64,000 nt of DNA from a virus (taxonomy: Duplodnaviria > Caudoviricetes). Each line of letters starts with the position of its first letter. The stretch's first letter is position 1. Shown piece by piece: positions 30,091 to 40,946 of the stretch. A model generated the notes under the pieces. That model had not been told where the DNA came from. It searched no databases and was given only the letters and a program-made list of their open reading frames with translations. Both the position numbers and the translations under genes were made by a program. Location: the IMG/VR virus record IMGVR_UViG_3300033068_000943, positions 29,336-93,335 of that record; one strand, given 5' to 3'.

Positions 30091-31899
30091 CTACACTCAT
30101 AGCGAAAAACGCCATCTTAACGCCGATTTGCTAGAGTGATATTGCACGCCGAATTCAAGCGGCGCCTTGACGAGTGCGCCAGCAAAGGGCTGGTGGACTT
30201 CAAAGTCCATGACTACACGTGACCGCAATATGTCAACGCTGGACCTCGTCTGGTCGGTGAATAACGCTCTGCGTCTTTCCGCTGCGGGAAAGGGCACAAG
30301 GAAACGCATTAGCTGCCGCTGATTACAAAGAGTATTGCTCTTTATTCGCTGCCGGATGTTCTGGGGGGTGGGAGAAGGCTATTGTTTAAGCTCCAAGACA
30401 TTCTGGAAATTTACTGCGACGTTGAAGAGGCACTTAGCCAGTATCCTCCTTCAATTAGTGACGCCTTTCCTCGCGGGGCCGTTAAATTGGGCAGCCTGCT
30501 TAAAGGCTATATCATTGGTCCGGCCCTTTCTCTACGACCTAACTAGGTTGTCTCGCGCCCATTCGACAAGGCCGCGCGTAAATGCCTCAAACTCGTCCTC
30601 GCCCATCACCGTCGTTCGGTCGTCGCGACCGTCTCTAGGTCGGGTCCATCCATCGGCCCGGCTGCTGCTGATCGCAATCCCGCCACGGGACATGATATCA
30701 ACAACGTCGTGGCGGTTCAGTCGCAGGCTGATCCGAACGCGCTGAAACCAGCGCGAAAATCTGTAATCAATTACGTCCACCTGACCTCCGACCTTGTCCG
30801 TGCTTATCGTGCCTTTAAATTTGCGCGCCATGGCGGGGCCCTCGTTGTTGCTTCTGGTGTTACTGAGAAGCGGTCATTCTGCCGGTTCCATTTCGACGTT
30901 CGCGCGGAGCCTCGGCCTAAGCGTGCCACCGGGCTGATCGACCGCCCATGTCACGAGAACGACCTTCCAAGTTTTGCGCTCTATGTTGACAAATTCGCCC
31001 TTTCGAGGCACGGCGGTCGATCCGCCGACCGAGACGATTAGCCCGCCGTCCTTCCTGTAGAACTCGACACTTGTCCGATCTCGCTCCATGTCCGCTTTTT
31101 CCTCAAAGCGCCCAGACGGGCGGCCCTTTCTGTGATGTCAGAATTCTGCTGCGATCTGCCGCGCGCGATCCGCGTTTTCAATGTCCCGGATAGCGTCGGC
31201 CCACGCATCGCGGATGGCCTGCGCCGCGCTCTCCATCATCACGCGGCCGAAGTCCTTGCGCCCGTGCTCGTCCACGTTTGGGAATATCTCTGGCGCGTAG
31301 GTTTCAAGCATGATCGCCGTCTGCTCCAGGCCGCGCAGCGCTTTGATGGCGGCGCGGGCGCTGTCGTCTTTGAATTGTTCAGTCACGGCCATAGCCGGCC
31401 CTTTCTCTACGATCTATCTAGGTTGTCGCGCGTATCTTTTGTTGCTTCGGGTTTGTCGTCTTGGAATGGTGAGTTTTCATCCATCGTCAGCACTTCAACG
31501 GACGTTCGCAGTCCCGACACGCGTCCGTTGTAGTATTCGCGAACCATTTCACTCTTGGACAGGCGGGCCATCTCCGCGTCCGCCGCCAGCAGCGCCCGCA
31601 GGATGCTAACGACGGACGCTCTCGGTATATCGCTCACGGCTGCTCTCCCATCCATTCGGCCTCCGTTGCGAGAATTAATCGATGATCATGTTCCACACCT
31701 TGTCGCCGTTCTTCACGTAGGCGCATCGATGCGTAGGGTCTGCGTTCGGGTAGGTGCTCGTAAACAGGACAAGGTCGCCGCCGTTAGATGCCGTTGGTTC
31801 AATCCTGTAAACCTCGATTGCCTCTATGCGGCTCGTCCGGACAATTTCAGCGTATACGTCGAGACGCGATTTCATGATGGCCGGCCTCCGTTGTGAGAA

Positions 31900-32592
31900 T
31901 TATTCGACCGTCCCGAACAGCGAAACAGTCCGTTCACGCTTGATATCGCCGCGCCGACGTTTCGGGCTATTGACGCGCTTTGCCATGCAGTGCGCGCAGC
32001 CGGTGGCGATGCCGTAATTTTGCGCGACGTTGGTACTGTCGGCCGACGCCAGAGGATAGTTGGCAATGTGACCGAGCATCCGCAAACCATGTAGCCACGG
32101 AAGATTCGAGTGCTTTCGGCTGACGTGGGAAAACACGTCGTCCATCCGCGCAAGCCACGACTCGGACCCTATCTCCCAATAGGCGCCAGCAGAGCCCAGG
32201 CATACGCCTGCGGGCCATTCGTCTATCAACTCGTCAAGGTAGTCGAACGGCTTGTCGAGATGCCACACGGGCCACGACAGAGAGCGCGAAAACGGCCATC
32301 GAGCGGTCATCTCGCGTTGTTCCGAAACGTCGCCACCGATCTTGTCCAGAACAACGGCGCGATGTGGATGGCGCAACCGTGGCTCAAGCCAAGAGTATAG
32401 CGATAGCTCGTCGAGCACACGCCCCTTGGTGAAAGCCGAGAACGCTCCATTGTCCCATAAGACACTTTGCCCGAACGCTTCGCAGAACTCGGCGTCGCGC
32501 GGCTCCGCGAACGACACGCAGAAGTTCTGCCCGGTCATCCGGTACAGTTGCGCCTTCGGCGTGACTGGTGTCCCGTGGTAGCAGATCGTCAC
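31900..32592 (-). CDS. TGT/DpdA-like transglycosylase-fold protein
   Basis: LWDNGAFS, PVWH, CLGS, WLHGL and SADSTN motifs. Confidence 0.65.
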   Translation of the reverse strand: MTICYHGTPVTPKAQLYRMTGQNFCVSFAEPRDAEFCEAFGQSVLWDNGAFSAFTKGRVLDELSLYSWLEPRLRHPHRAVVLDKIGGDVSEQREMTARWPFSRSLSWPVWHLDKPFDYLDELIDEWPAGVCLGSAGAYWEIGSESWLARMDDVFSHVSRKHSNLPWLHGLRMLGHIANYPLASADSTNVAQNYGIATGCAHCMAKRVNSPKRRRGDIKRERTVSLFGTVE

Positions 32593-32837
32593 GGCGCCAC
32601 CACCGTTGTCTTGACGCCGGAATGGTAGCCGACAGTTGTTACCTTGCAGCGCAGATCGCGCGCTAGGCTCGCGGTGATTGCCTCTTGATAGACGCGCTCC
32701 GTGGCGAGTTTGCCGATGGCTGCGAGGATTTCCTCACAGCGGATCGTGTCATCGCTCTCAAACGTGGCCTCGTAAACATCCGCGCCGCCATCAACCGGGC
32801 ACTGGGCAACGATCCGTGTTTCATATCTGCACTGCAT
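32589..32837 (-). CDS. Small T-fold QueF-like protein
   Basis: AQCPV..D.Y..CEEI..YQE..T..HSGV; coupled to the TGT-like gene. Confidence 0.55.
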   Translation of the reverse strand: MQCRYETRIVAQCPVDGGADVYEATFESDDTIRCEEILAAIGKLATERVYQEAITASLARDLRCKVTTVGYHSGVKTTVVAP

Positions 32838-33504
32838 GGCCGGCCTCATTTGCTCGATGTCGTTCCAGCCAATACTGCGGCGCCAATCTCAAACTGACGG
32901 ATCACGTCGTCGAGGACACCCGCAAGGCACTTTTGCTCGTCACCTGCCCGCCCTCCGATCTTCTGCGCTAGCGCGTGCGAGACAAGAGAGAGCTTTTTCA
33001 GCGCGATCAACTCAATTCCATTTAGGCCGACAGATACGTGCGTCTTGGTTGCAATGTCCATTCTGGCCGGCCCCTGTTGAATGGTTCGCAGCAGCCCGGT
33101 CAGGCCACCGCCTCGACGCTGAAAACTATGTCGCCGAAGCTGCGGTGCTTGTTGGCGAATGCCTGGGCCTCCGAAAGCGTCGGCAGAACGCGTGACCACA
33201 CCGGCATCGTCTCGCCGTAGGTTACGCGGTATCCGGCACGCTGCTTCAGCGTTGCGACGACGTGGACGCGGCCCTTGTAGTCGTACTCGACTAGCCGCGC
33301 CGCTGTTGTCAGCGTGCCCTTGACGTAACCCCACGTCTTGAGCGCATCCGCCTTCGTGCCTCCAATGGTGGCGTGATCTGTCCACTTGTCGTTGATCTTT
33401 GTCTGAATGGCGAACGTATCCATGCCCGGCCCCTGTTGTTGCTTCTGGTTCTGCTGAACCGTCGACGTCGATTGGCAACAGCGTCGCCATTCTGGAGCCA
33501 CCTT

Positions 33505-33858
33505 TTAATCCGCGACCCTACGAAACCCTTTGGGCGTATATTCGCGCTGACGGCGGACCTCGTAGATGCCGGTCGCAAACATGATCGGTTCATGAGTGTC
33601 GTGTGGGCGCAGATGTTCAAGCGCGGTTGGACGGTTGACTTCCAGCCATGCAACGAGAGGATTGTCGCCCTGATACATTCGCACGGCGGGCTTGCCGCGC
33701 TTGCGGTCGAGCACCATGACGTGATCGTGGCCCGTCTCGGAGTGCGTGACGATCACGCGGCCATTGTCAGCCGCGACGGGCTTGGCCTCTTTCGGCAGCG
33801 CCGCGACGCGGCGAATTAGCACGTCGCCTTGAGCGCAAACTTGGTCAAACGTCCTCAT
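33505..33858 (-). CDS. His-rich small protein (QGDV..ETGHDH..HEP..RRQREY)
   Basis: ATGA-coupled partner of the upstream DUF6745-like gene. Confidence 0.7.
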   Translation of the reverse strand: MRTFDQVCAQGDVLIRRVAALPKEAKPVAADNGRVIVTHSETGHDHVMVLDRKRGKPAVRMYQGDNPLVAWLEVNRPTALEHLRPHDTHEPIMFATGIYEVRRQREYTPKGFRRVAD

Positions 33859-34916
33859 GTTCTTACCTCCGGTTTTGCAAATTCTTTGGGGTCCAATCCC
33901 CACGTCCACGCCTGCGCCTCGATGGCAGTCTTCATCTTCGGCGGCACAGGCAACGCAAACTCACGCATCGTCCCGCATTGTACCCTAAGAAACCGCTCTC
34001 GCCCCACATCGGGGATATTGACCTCGACAAGCGTCCCGACCTGGGGATCGGCGTGCCTATCGATCGTCGTGGCCTTTAGCTCATTCAAGATGTTATGCCA
34101 CCCGACGATTTCGCAGGCTGCTCGGCGCTGCTCGATATTTCCGCACGTGAGCGCTGTCGCGGCTGTTAGCGCGGCACGATCCTCAATCCATTCTTGAGGA
34201 ATGAGGACGCCGCGCCAAAAATACAGATCCTCGGCGTCACTTTCAACCGCTGGCCCGTCTTCTTTGTGAAGCCTTCTCTGACCATCGACGTGGACTCTGG
34301 GTTTCGCCACCCAATAGAGAATGTCATCAGTCCAGAACAAAAACCAACATCCGGACTCATACGCCGACAGTAGTGGCTCGGCCCATTTTGACACAGTGGA
34401 CTGCTTCGTTTCTCGCGCCCCGAATGCCGTCGTCGATAACCACGATAAATCCCATGAATTTAACCATGAAGATCGTGCAAGGCACCACCCGCCGAATTTC
34501 TTGAGTGCGTCCCGTGCGTCCAGCGCGGCCCGTGCGGCCTGTGCGGCCCGTGCGGCCCGTGCGTCCCGTGCGGCCCATGCGGCCCGTGCGGCCCGCGCGT
34601 CCAGTGCGTCCCATGCGGCCCGTGCGGCCCGCGCGTCCAGTGCGTCCCGTGCGGCCCGTGCGGCCTGTGCGGCCAGTGCGTCCAGCGCGGCCCGTGCGGC
34701 CTGTGCGTCCCGTCGCCGTAAAAAATCGTCAATTACGCCATCGATCGCTGTTCGTAACGCGGGGTGATCATCCAGACGCCAGCCGCGCCGAAGCCGCACA
34801 ACATCGCGTTTGACGCCCAGAGCATTGAAATATTCGACAAGCGCCGATTCAACGGCGGTCTCATCCAGACGGCCTGGGTAGGCGCATGCCTCTGTGTAGT
34901 CCTTGAGAGTGATCAT
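33855..34916 (-). CDS. DUF6745-like protein with internal tripeptide repeats
   Basis: [50 protein letters not shown]. Confidence 0.7.
   Translation of the reverse strand: MITLKDYTEACAYPGRLDETAVESALVEYFNALGVKRDVVRLRRGWRLDDHPALRTAIDGVIDDFLRRRDAQAARAALDALAAQAARAARDALDARAARAAWDALDARAARAAWAARDARAARAAQAARAALDARDALKKFGGWCLARSSWLNSWDLSWLSTTAFGARETKQSTVSKWAEPLLSAYESGCWFLFWTDDILYWVAKPRVHVDGQRRLHKEDGPAVESDAEDLYFWRGVLIPQEWIEDRAALTAATALTCGNIEQRRAACEIVGWHNILNELKATTIDRHADPQVGTLVEVNIPDVGRERFLRVQCGTMREFALPVPPKMKTAIEAQAWTWGLDPKEFAKPEVRT
34505..34712. repeat. 9-bp-unit coding tandem repeat (GTGCGGCCC-like)
   Basis: Encodes ARA/AQA/DAL tripeptides on the minus strand. Confidence 0.9.
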
Positions 34917-35747
34917 ACCGGCCTTTCTATAGGTCTATCTGGTACGTCTCGGAGCCGTCACGGTGTGACTGGTGGCTCCAATGCGACGACGGCCGGTGCT
35001 GCTCTTTCGTCGCTGTGACCTTTCCGCCAGCGGCGCGTAGAATCGCGTTTCTCTCGTCGATCAGCCGCCCTATCAGCGCATCCTGATTGCCGACCGCTTC
35101 GCGCACGGCTTCGCAGAATTTCGCACGCTCAATCATGCCGTTTAAGTTGGTGCTGATCCGATCCAAGCGCTTCACATTGCAGGGATGACACCACGTGCCC
35201 CATGCAGACTTTGAGCACTTCGCCCCGCAACCGTAGCACTTCACGACCTTCGGTCCGTGATAGCTCGGGTGCTCCGGGTCTTGATAGGCGAGCATGGCCG
35301 GCATCTGATCGCCCATCTATCGCTTCATGCCGATGGTCGCTTCGGCCTTCGCTCGAATCTCGGCGGCGCACTCTTGGAGAGACGCAGCCGCCGCTTTGAT
35401 TTCGGCTGTCCCGACGACCCGCCTCTTGTGGTCCGCAAGAGCCAACAAAACCTTTGCCGCTGCTTCGAGGCCTGACGCGCGGCCAATCTCGGCAGTTGCA
35501 CGCAAGGCTGTCTCTCGATCCATGGCCGGCCCCTCTTAAGCGATGCAGCCAGGATGCGCGGCGTGCTCTGCCTCGCGCCAATACTTCGAGAACCACGCCA
35601 TGGCCGCTTGCGGCCCGCGCCGACTCCCGTCGCTATCGATCCACCCGCCGAAGCGCTTGAACTGCGCATAGTAGTACGTCGCGACGTGGGCGCAGTGCTC
35701 GTTGATGGTGCGGTCCATGGCTGAGGTCTCCAGTGTCTGATGCATCG

Positions 35748-35788
35748 AATATAGGCGTGTTGACAAACTCTGTCAATCATCATATCAT
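35748..35788. promoter_or_regulatory. Overlapping divergent sigma70 promoters
   Basis: + strand TTGACA(35760)-N17-TATCAT; - strand TTGACA(35776)-N17-TATATT. Confidence 0.75.
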
Positions 35789-35795
35789 GATTTTC

Positions 35796-36389
35796 ATGGA
35801 ACGCTGCTTCGGAGACATAATTGCACAGTCGAAACGCCGCGTGGCGTGGCTACGGGGCAGCAAGCACCGACCGGCTGTCGATCAAGCTAGGCGCGTGCGC
35901 GCATGTCGGCCGACCGTCACCTATTCAACGGATGATGGCGACACGGTTCATGACGTGGTGCACAGCCTGCGGCGCGGAGACGTGGTAGTCGTCGCGGGGC
36001 TACATCGGCTTGGTTCGTCTGTGTCGGAGCTTCGCGAGGTGCTTGCCGGAATCCGCGCTGCCGGCGCACAAGTTGCCGACGTGGACGCGTCAGTGGTTTT
36101 GTCTGATGTAGACAGCGTTCTATTGCTGGCCGAAGCGGAGCGCGTCATTAACGGCGAGCGGCGCGGAGCCGGGCAAGGGTTTGCGATGAAACGACGCGAG
36201 CACAAGGGCGGTCGCAAGCGGGCGGATGGGTCGGCAATCGAATCGGATGCGAAGAAGTTGTGGTTTGACCCGGCAGTGGCGACCAACGGCGATGTGGCGC
36301 GGCTGACGGGGTGGTCGCTGGAGAGTTTGAGCCGCCGATTTGGCGGGAGCGGCCGGCGCATGGGGCGACCGGTTTCGCGGAAGAAATAG
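35796..36389 (+). CDS. Degenerate serine-recombinase (resolvase)-fold protein with C-terminal HTH
   Basis: WLRGS..Q..LRRGDVVVV..LHRLGSS; GGRK linker; HTH. Confidence 0.65.
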   Translation: MERCFGDIIAQSKRRVAWLRGSKHRPAVDQARRVRACRPTVTYSTDDGDTVHDVVHSLRRGDVVVVAGLHRLGSSVSELREVLAGIRAAGAQVADVDASVVLSDVDSVLLLAEAERVINGERRGAGQGFAMKRREHKGGRKRADGSAIESDAKKLWFDPAVATNGDVARLTGWSLESLSRRFGGSGRRMGRPVSRKK

Positions 36390-36618
36390 GGATGCGAGCA
36401 ATGCTGAACTCCCCAAACGGTTCCGTGTGGGTGGCGAACAGAGCCATCGCCCCGCATACGATGCCAGACGGTTACGATCTGTACCGGGATGAAGACGGAT
36501 ACTATTGGTGGCACCACGGGCCTACTGATCGTGAGGGCCCACTTCACCATGACCGCTGGTGGGTCCGTCGCGATGCCATCGAAGACGAGAAACGAGAGAG
36601 CAGATAGGGAGCGACGGA

Positions 36619-37311
36619 ATGGACCTGCCAGACCTCGCGTTGAGCGTGCGCCAGCCCTGGGCATGGGCCATCATCCACGGCGGCAAGGATGTTGAAAACC
36701 GCGACTGGCGCCGACCAAATCCGGGGCTCGCGTTTCGAGGTCGCGTTGCGATCCACGCATCGTCAGGCATGACGCGGGATGAGTACGACGCAATCATGCC
36801 GAAGTCAGCTCCTCCGCTGCCGCCGCCGCATCTTCTGGTGCGCGGAGCGATCATCGGTCACGTGATGATCATGGACATCATCCGCGACCCGAACCGCGAT
36901 ACGATCAAGAGCCCGTGGTTCTTCGGACCTGTCGGATTGATGCTGCACGATCCCGTCGCTGTCACTCCGATTCCGTGCGCGGGCGCTCTCGGCTTCTTTA
37001 AGTGGCGCGCAAATCTGACGGATGCCGTGACGCCGCCCGCGAAGTGGATGCTGCCGAAGGAGTCATGCGAAGCCGACAGAACGGCGGATCAGTTCGTCGA
37101 GATTGTAAAGCGTGAGCTTCGGCGGCGAGGCATTGACGGCCCGGGCATTGCCTCCATCACCGTGAACAAGAAAACGTGCGCGCGCTTGAACTGGCTGTGG
37201 AAAGGCAAGGCGTGCAGCATGATTCTCGATCAGCACTTCAGCCGGTACATGGATGGCGGTGACCCGATGCCATCTCTGTCAGAGGCGATCGATAGAGAGT
37301 TCATCGGGTAA
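36619..37311 (+). CDS. ASCH-domain protein
   Basis: ALSVRQPWAWAIIHGGKDVENRDW..RGRVAIHAS..GAIIG. Confidence 0.85.
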   Translation: MDLPDLALSVRQPWAWAIIHGGKDVENRDWRRPNPGLAFRGRVAIHASSGMTRDEYDAIMPKSAPPLPPPHLLVRGAIIGHVMIMDIIRDPNRDTIKSPWFFGPVGLMLHDPVAVTPIPCAGALGFFKWRANLTDAVTPPAKWMLPKESCEADRTADQFVEIVKRELRRRGIDGPGIASITVNKKTCARLNWLWKGKACSMILDQHFSRYMDGGDPMPSLSEAIDREFIG

Positions 37312-39243
37312 CTCTGCCAATCATGGCAGCACATCAAGGGAGCGTGGGATGGGCCGGGAATTGAAGGTGCTGCCGCCGACCGATGACATCATTCGGCGCA
37401 TCGCAATGGATGTCGGAAAGCAGGTCGTTGAGCACTTGGAACGGGTGCATGGCGACATGGTGCGCGCGGCGCCGTCGTGGAAGTCGTCACGCCTGTCTAT
37501 CCGCAATTGCGTCCACAACAATATAATGGCAGCCGTCCGCGCAGCCGATGAGGGGCGATACGAGGAATGGATTGCAGAGAACGACGAGCATCGCCGGAAG
37601 ATGCGAGCAGCGCGCCGCAAGATGGGCATGCAGCGAGACTGACCGGACAAAATAGGAGCGACCGTGAACGCAACGCACATTGGAAAAAAGGGCGTCGTCA
37701 CCGAAACGACGACGCTTGTACCGTGGTCAACGATGGCCGAGGCCGTGGCAACTGCCGACAGTCGAGGTCAGGCAGAGTTCTTCGAGCACCTTGCGATCTT
37801 GCTCGCCGGGGAACAGTACGGACCCGGGAAGTGGGCAATGCAATGCCGTAGCATTGCCGAGGAACCGGGCTGGATTCCGCTCAACAGGAAGCGCATCGCC
37901 GGGCAGCTGGAGACGCTCGCTGAGCACATGCGTGAAGATCGAGACGAACAATAGGGGAGGGGCGGGCGCGGTGAAACGCTGTGCAGAATGCAAGCACGTC
38001 TACGATCAGCGCGACGATGGTGACGATGAGCCTAGCTATCGATGCGGGTACCGCGTTCCGTTTTGGGTCCGGCTCCCCGTCCGGGATTACGGGAGTTGGG
38101 TGCTCGCAGACGACGGTTCAGCATGTGACGTGTTTGATGAGAAGCATCAAACCTAGGGAGGCAGGCGGTAATGCCGTGGTGGGCGCGGGTTGCGCACTGG
38201 TTCGGTCGGTGCCTGCGATGCCGCACATATGAGACTGACGAGGGCATTGGCGGGAAGTGCATCGATTGCGGGAAGATGCACGGATGGGTGACGCGAGAAG
38301 AATTGCGGGCCTACGGGTCGCGCAGGATGCGCGACCCGTCAACGTGGTGACAGTGAATAAGAAATCTCAACGATAGGGAGCGACGCCTATGACGATGCGC
38401 TGGACGCGGATATCACCTGTCGGGGACAGAAAGTGCACCACGGCGACGTGTCTCAACTCCGCGAAGTGGAGGGGTGAGGCGGGAGGTGTGTCGTCTGACT
38501 ATTGCTCAGACTGCCGCGACGCAATCGATCACGGAGAGATCATGGCGGCGGCTCGCGCCGTTGTCGCGTTTGATTGGTCGGACAATGATGCCGGCGCCGT
38601 TGCCGCCATCGAGCGGCTGCGGCGCGCGGTCAACAACTAAGGAGGGGAGGGACATCATGACGGCGGTTACGGTTGAGGTGCCCATCGATCTCCTGCGCCT
38701 GCTTGTCCGTCGCGCGTCCGAATGTTGCGACGAGATCGAGGCGATTGTGGCGGCAACGTATCCGTCGCGAGGAGAACAACCGGTGCAGCAACGCCGCTAC
38801 GACCGCGACATGGCTTTGCCGCTCGATACGAGAGACGTTCTCGCGCACATCATGGCCGCCGTGCCTGCGCTGAAGATTGCTTAAAGAGGGAGCATGGAAT
38901 GGAGTGCGAGCACGGGTGGAGAAACGCAATCGACTGCGACGTGTGCACGCTGCGGCGCGTTGAGCCAAAGGCAGCCGACCGCATCGCAGAACTTGAGGCA
39001 GCGCTGCGGCCATTCGCGGCTCTCGGCGCAGCAGTCCGATTCATCGACGATACTGGCCACGTAACGCTGCGCGTCCGGGCGGATGTTTTGCAGGCTGCGC
39101 AAAAAGCTCTTGGCGCAAAATAACCGGCATTGCGCAGCAAAAGCACCATAAACGATTAGTTAAACGTCATTTGTGGAGATTCACAAGGACGACAATTTGT
39201 GCTCTAATAGTTCATGGACGAAGGCTCTGCCCACAATGCCTCT

Positions 39244-39341
39244 TGGCGGCAGGGAGGGGATTCGAACCCCCCCCGGAACGTGCTCGTAACACGTTCGCTG
39301 GAACCTAAGTCCAGAGCCTTAAGCCGCTCGACCACCTTGCA
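39244..39341 (-). tRNA. Atypical class-II tRNA: anticodon TAG (Leu) on a Ser-like body
   Basis: CTGGA-CTTAGGT-TCCAG; long variable arm GAACGTG/CACGTTC; G73; two acceptor mismatches. Confidence 0.7.
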
Positions 39342-39558
39342 GAAGCGTCAACGCAGCTAAGGCACTACATCAAACATGACGGATGCAGATGAACGAATAG
39401 TGGAAATTTTCCACTCTTAAAGGAGGACAGGATGCCAGACTTCGCGCCGAAGTAGCGTCCCTCCGCAAGCACGCCCACGGCGCCACCGCGGTAGAGCCGG
39501 CTGGATGACCGCGCTCCGGGCGCGTGGTCGTGGCCACACTAGACGACCATGCGAATCG

Positions 39559-40071
39559 TCACACAACGCCACGCTGTGCCTCCTGAACGATTCGCTGGTC
39601 CCGCATCTGATCCGACAGCAGCCGGATCACCTCGCCGCGGTGGCGCAACGCACGCAATGCCTGATCCAGCAACAAACCCCATTTGACCAATGGCTCGTCG
39701 ACGATATCGCGCCACGAATGCCGCAGCCCGACCATGATCGGATCAGCCCCCAACAGCGCCTCGTCGATCGCAGCCTTGAGACGCCGGGCATGCGCCTCGC
39801 TCTCCGTCCAGACCCACGCCAATGTCGTCAGCTCATGTAGCGGATGCTCCAGATCGGAGCGCCGCGTCACCGTCTCGGGCTCGCGCGTCACGACGATCCG
39901 AACCGGCCACGGCGTCGTGTTGTCCCCAATCCGAATCGGGACCGGCCCCGCATACCCAATCAGGCACACCGCCACCATATCCAGCCGTTCGGCCGCACGG
40001 CGGTATGTCTGACTGCGGCGCAGTTTAACGACAGCATCGGCGATCTGCCGCTCCGTCGCCGCCGCGCTCAC
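39559..40071 (-). CDS. Hypothetical protein
   Basis: About 170-aa ORF at the end of the leftward operon; start uncertain. Confidence 0.5.
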   Translation of the reverse strand: MSAAATERQIADAVVKLRRSQTYRRAAERLDMVAVCLIGYAGPVPIRIGDNTTPWPVRIVVTREPETVTRRSDLEHPLHELTTLAWVWTESEAHARRLKAAIDEALLGADPIMVGLRHSWRDIVDEPLVKWGLLLDQALRALRHRGEVIRLLSDQMRDQRIVQEAQRGVV

Positions 40072-40946
40072 CGCTTGTCCTTTTTGCGCCAATTCGCCTC
40101 CTCGCGATCCGCCTTCTTTCTCGCGCCTATCTTTTTCGAGACCGAGAGCTTGTGCACGCGAACGATGCGGTTTTTCGTCTTGTCAAGCCGCACCCCCGTC
40201 ACGCGCGTCGCCATGCCCGAGCCTCCACCGCCGCCCTCAATTCGGCCTCACATGCGTCAATCCACTCCCAACGCTGCGCCTCCCCCGCTTTTTCATAGGC
40301 TCCGTCCCCGAACAACGACTTCGACATGCCCGCCGCCATGTCGATCAATTGTCGCCCCGTGGGGCGCGTATCCATGAGGGCGACCGCCGCAATTGCCGAG
40401 ATGCGGCAGCACTCGCCCTGCGTCTCGGGTTTGCGATGCGTCACCAGAGCCCAAACGACATTCGTCAGCCGGTCATGTTCCGTCACGACACCACCCGCTC
40501 GGCAGTACGTCTGGATTTGAACACCACATCCGTCCACGTCTGCCCAGGGTAGTGCTCTTGCATCGCCGCTACATAGGCGTCGTTGCACGACGCATACCAT
40601 CCGTCGCTATACTCGTCGCCGACGACGTGAGCGGGACGCCCTTGAAGCATACCAGCCCCGGCGCGCTTGCGCACCGCATGCGCCAGCTCATTATAGCGCA
40701 CCTTGGCCTCAAGAGACGCCGCACGGACGCTCGCGCCAGCGTCCACCAAATCCAATCCGCGCCGCATCGCGGCCATGAATTCCGGACCCGACGCATCGTA
40801 AGCCCATCGACGCCCCGTTGCGATGATCTCTTTGACAGACTCTCTGGAACAGCGAGCGATCCCTGCAATCTGCCAAAGATCGGCAACACCAGCCTCTTTG
40901 AGGCGCCAAATTTGATCAACCTGCTGCTGCGAGATCGGGGCTCGTC

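Noticed and set aside
34460-34813. RPV, GPH and GRT repeat ORFs (collagen-like)
   Set aside because: Alternative-frame readings of the 9-bp repeat inside the 33855-34916 gene.
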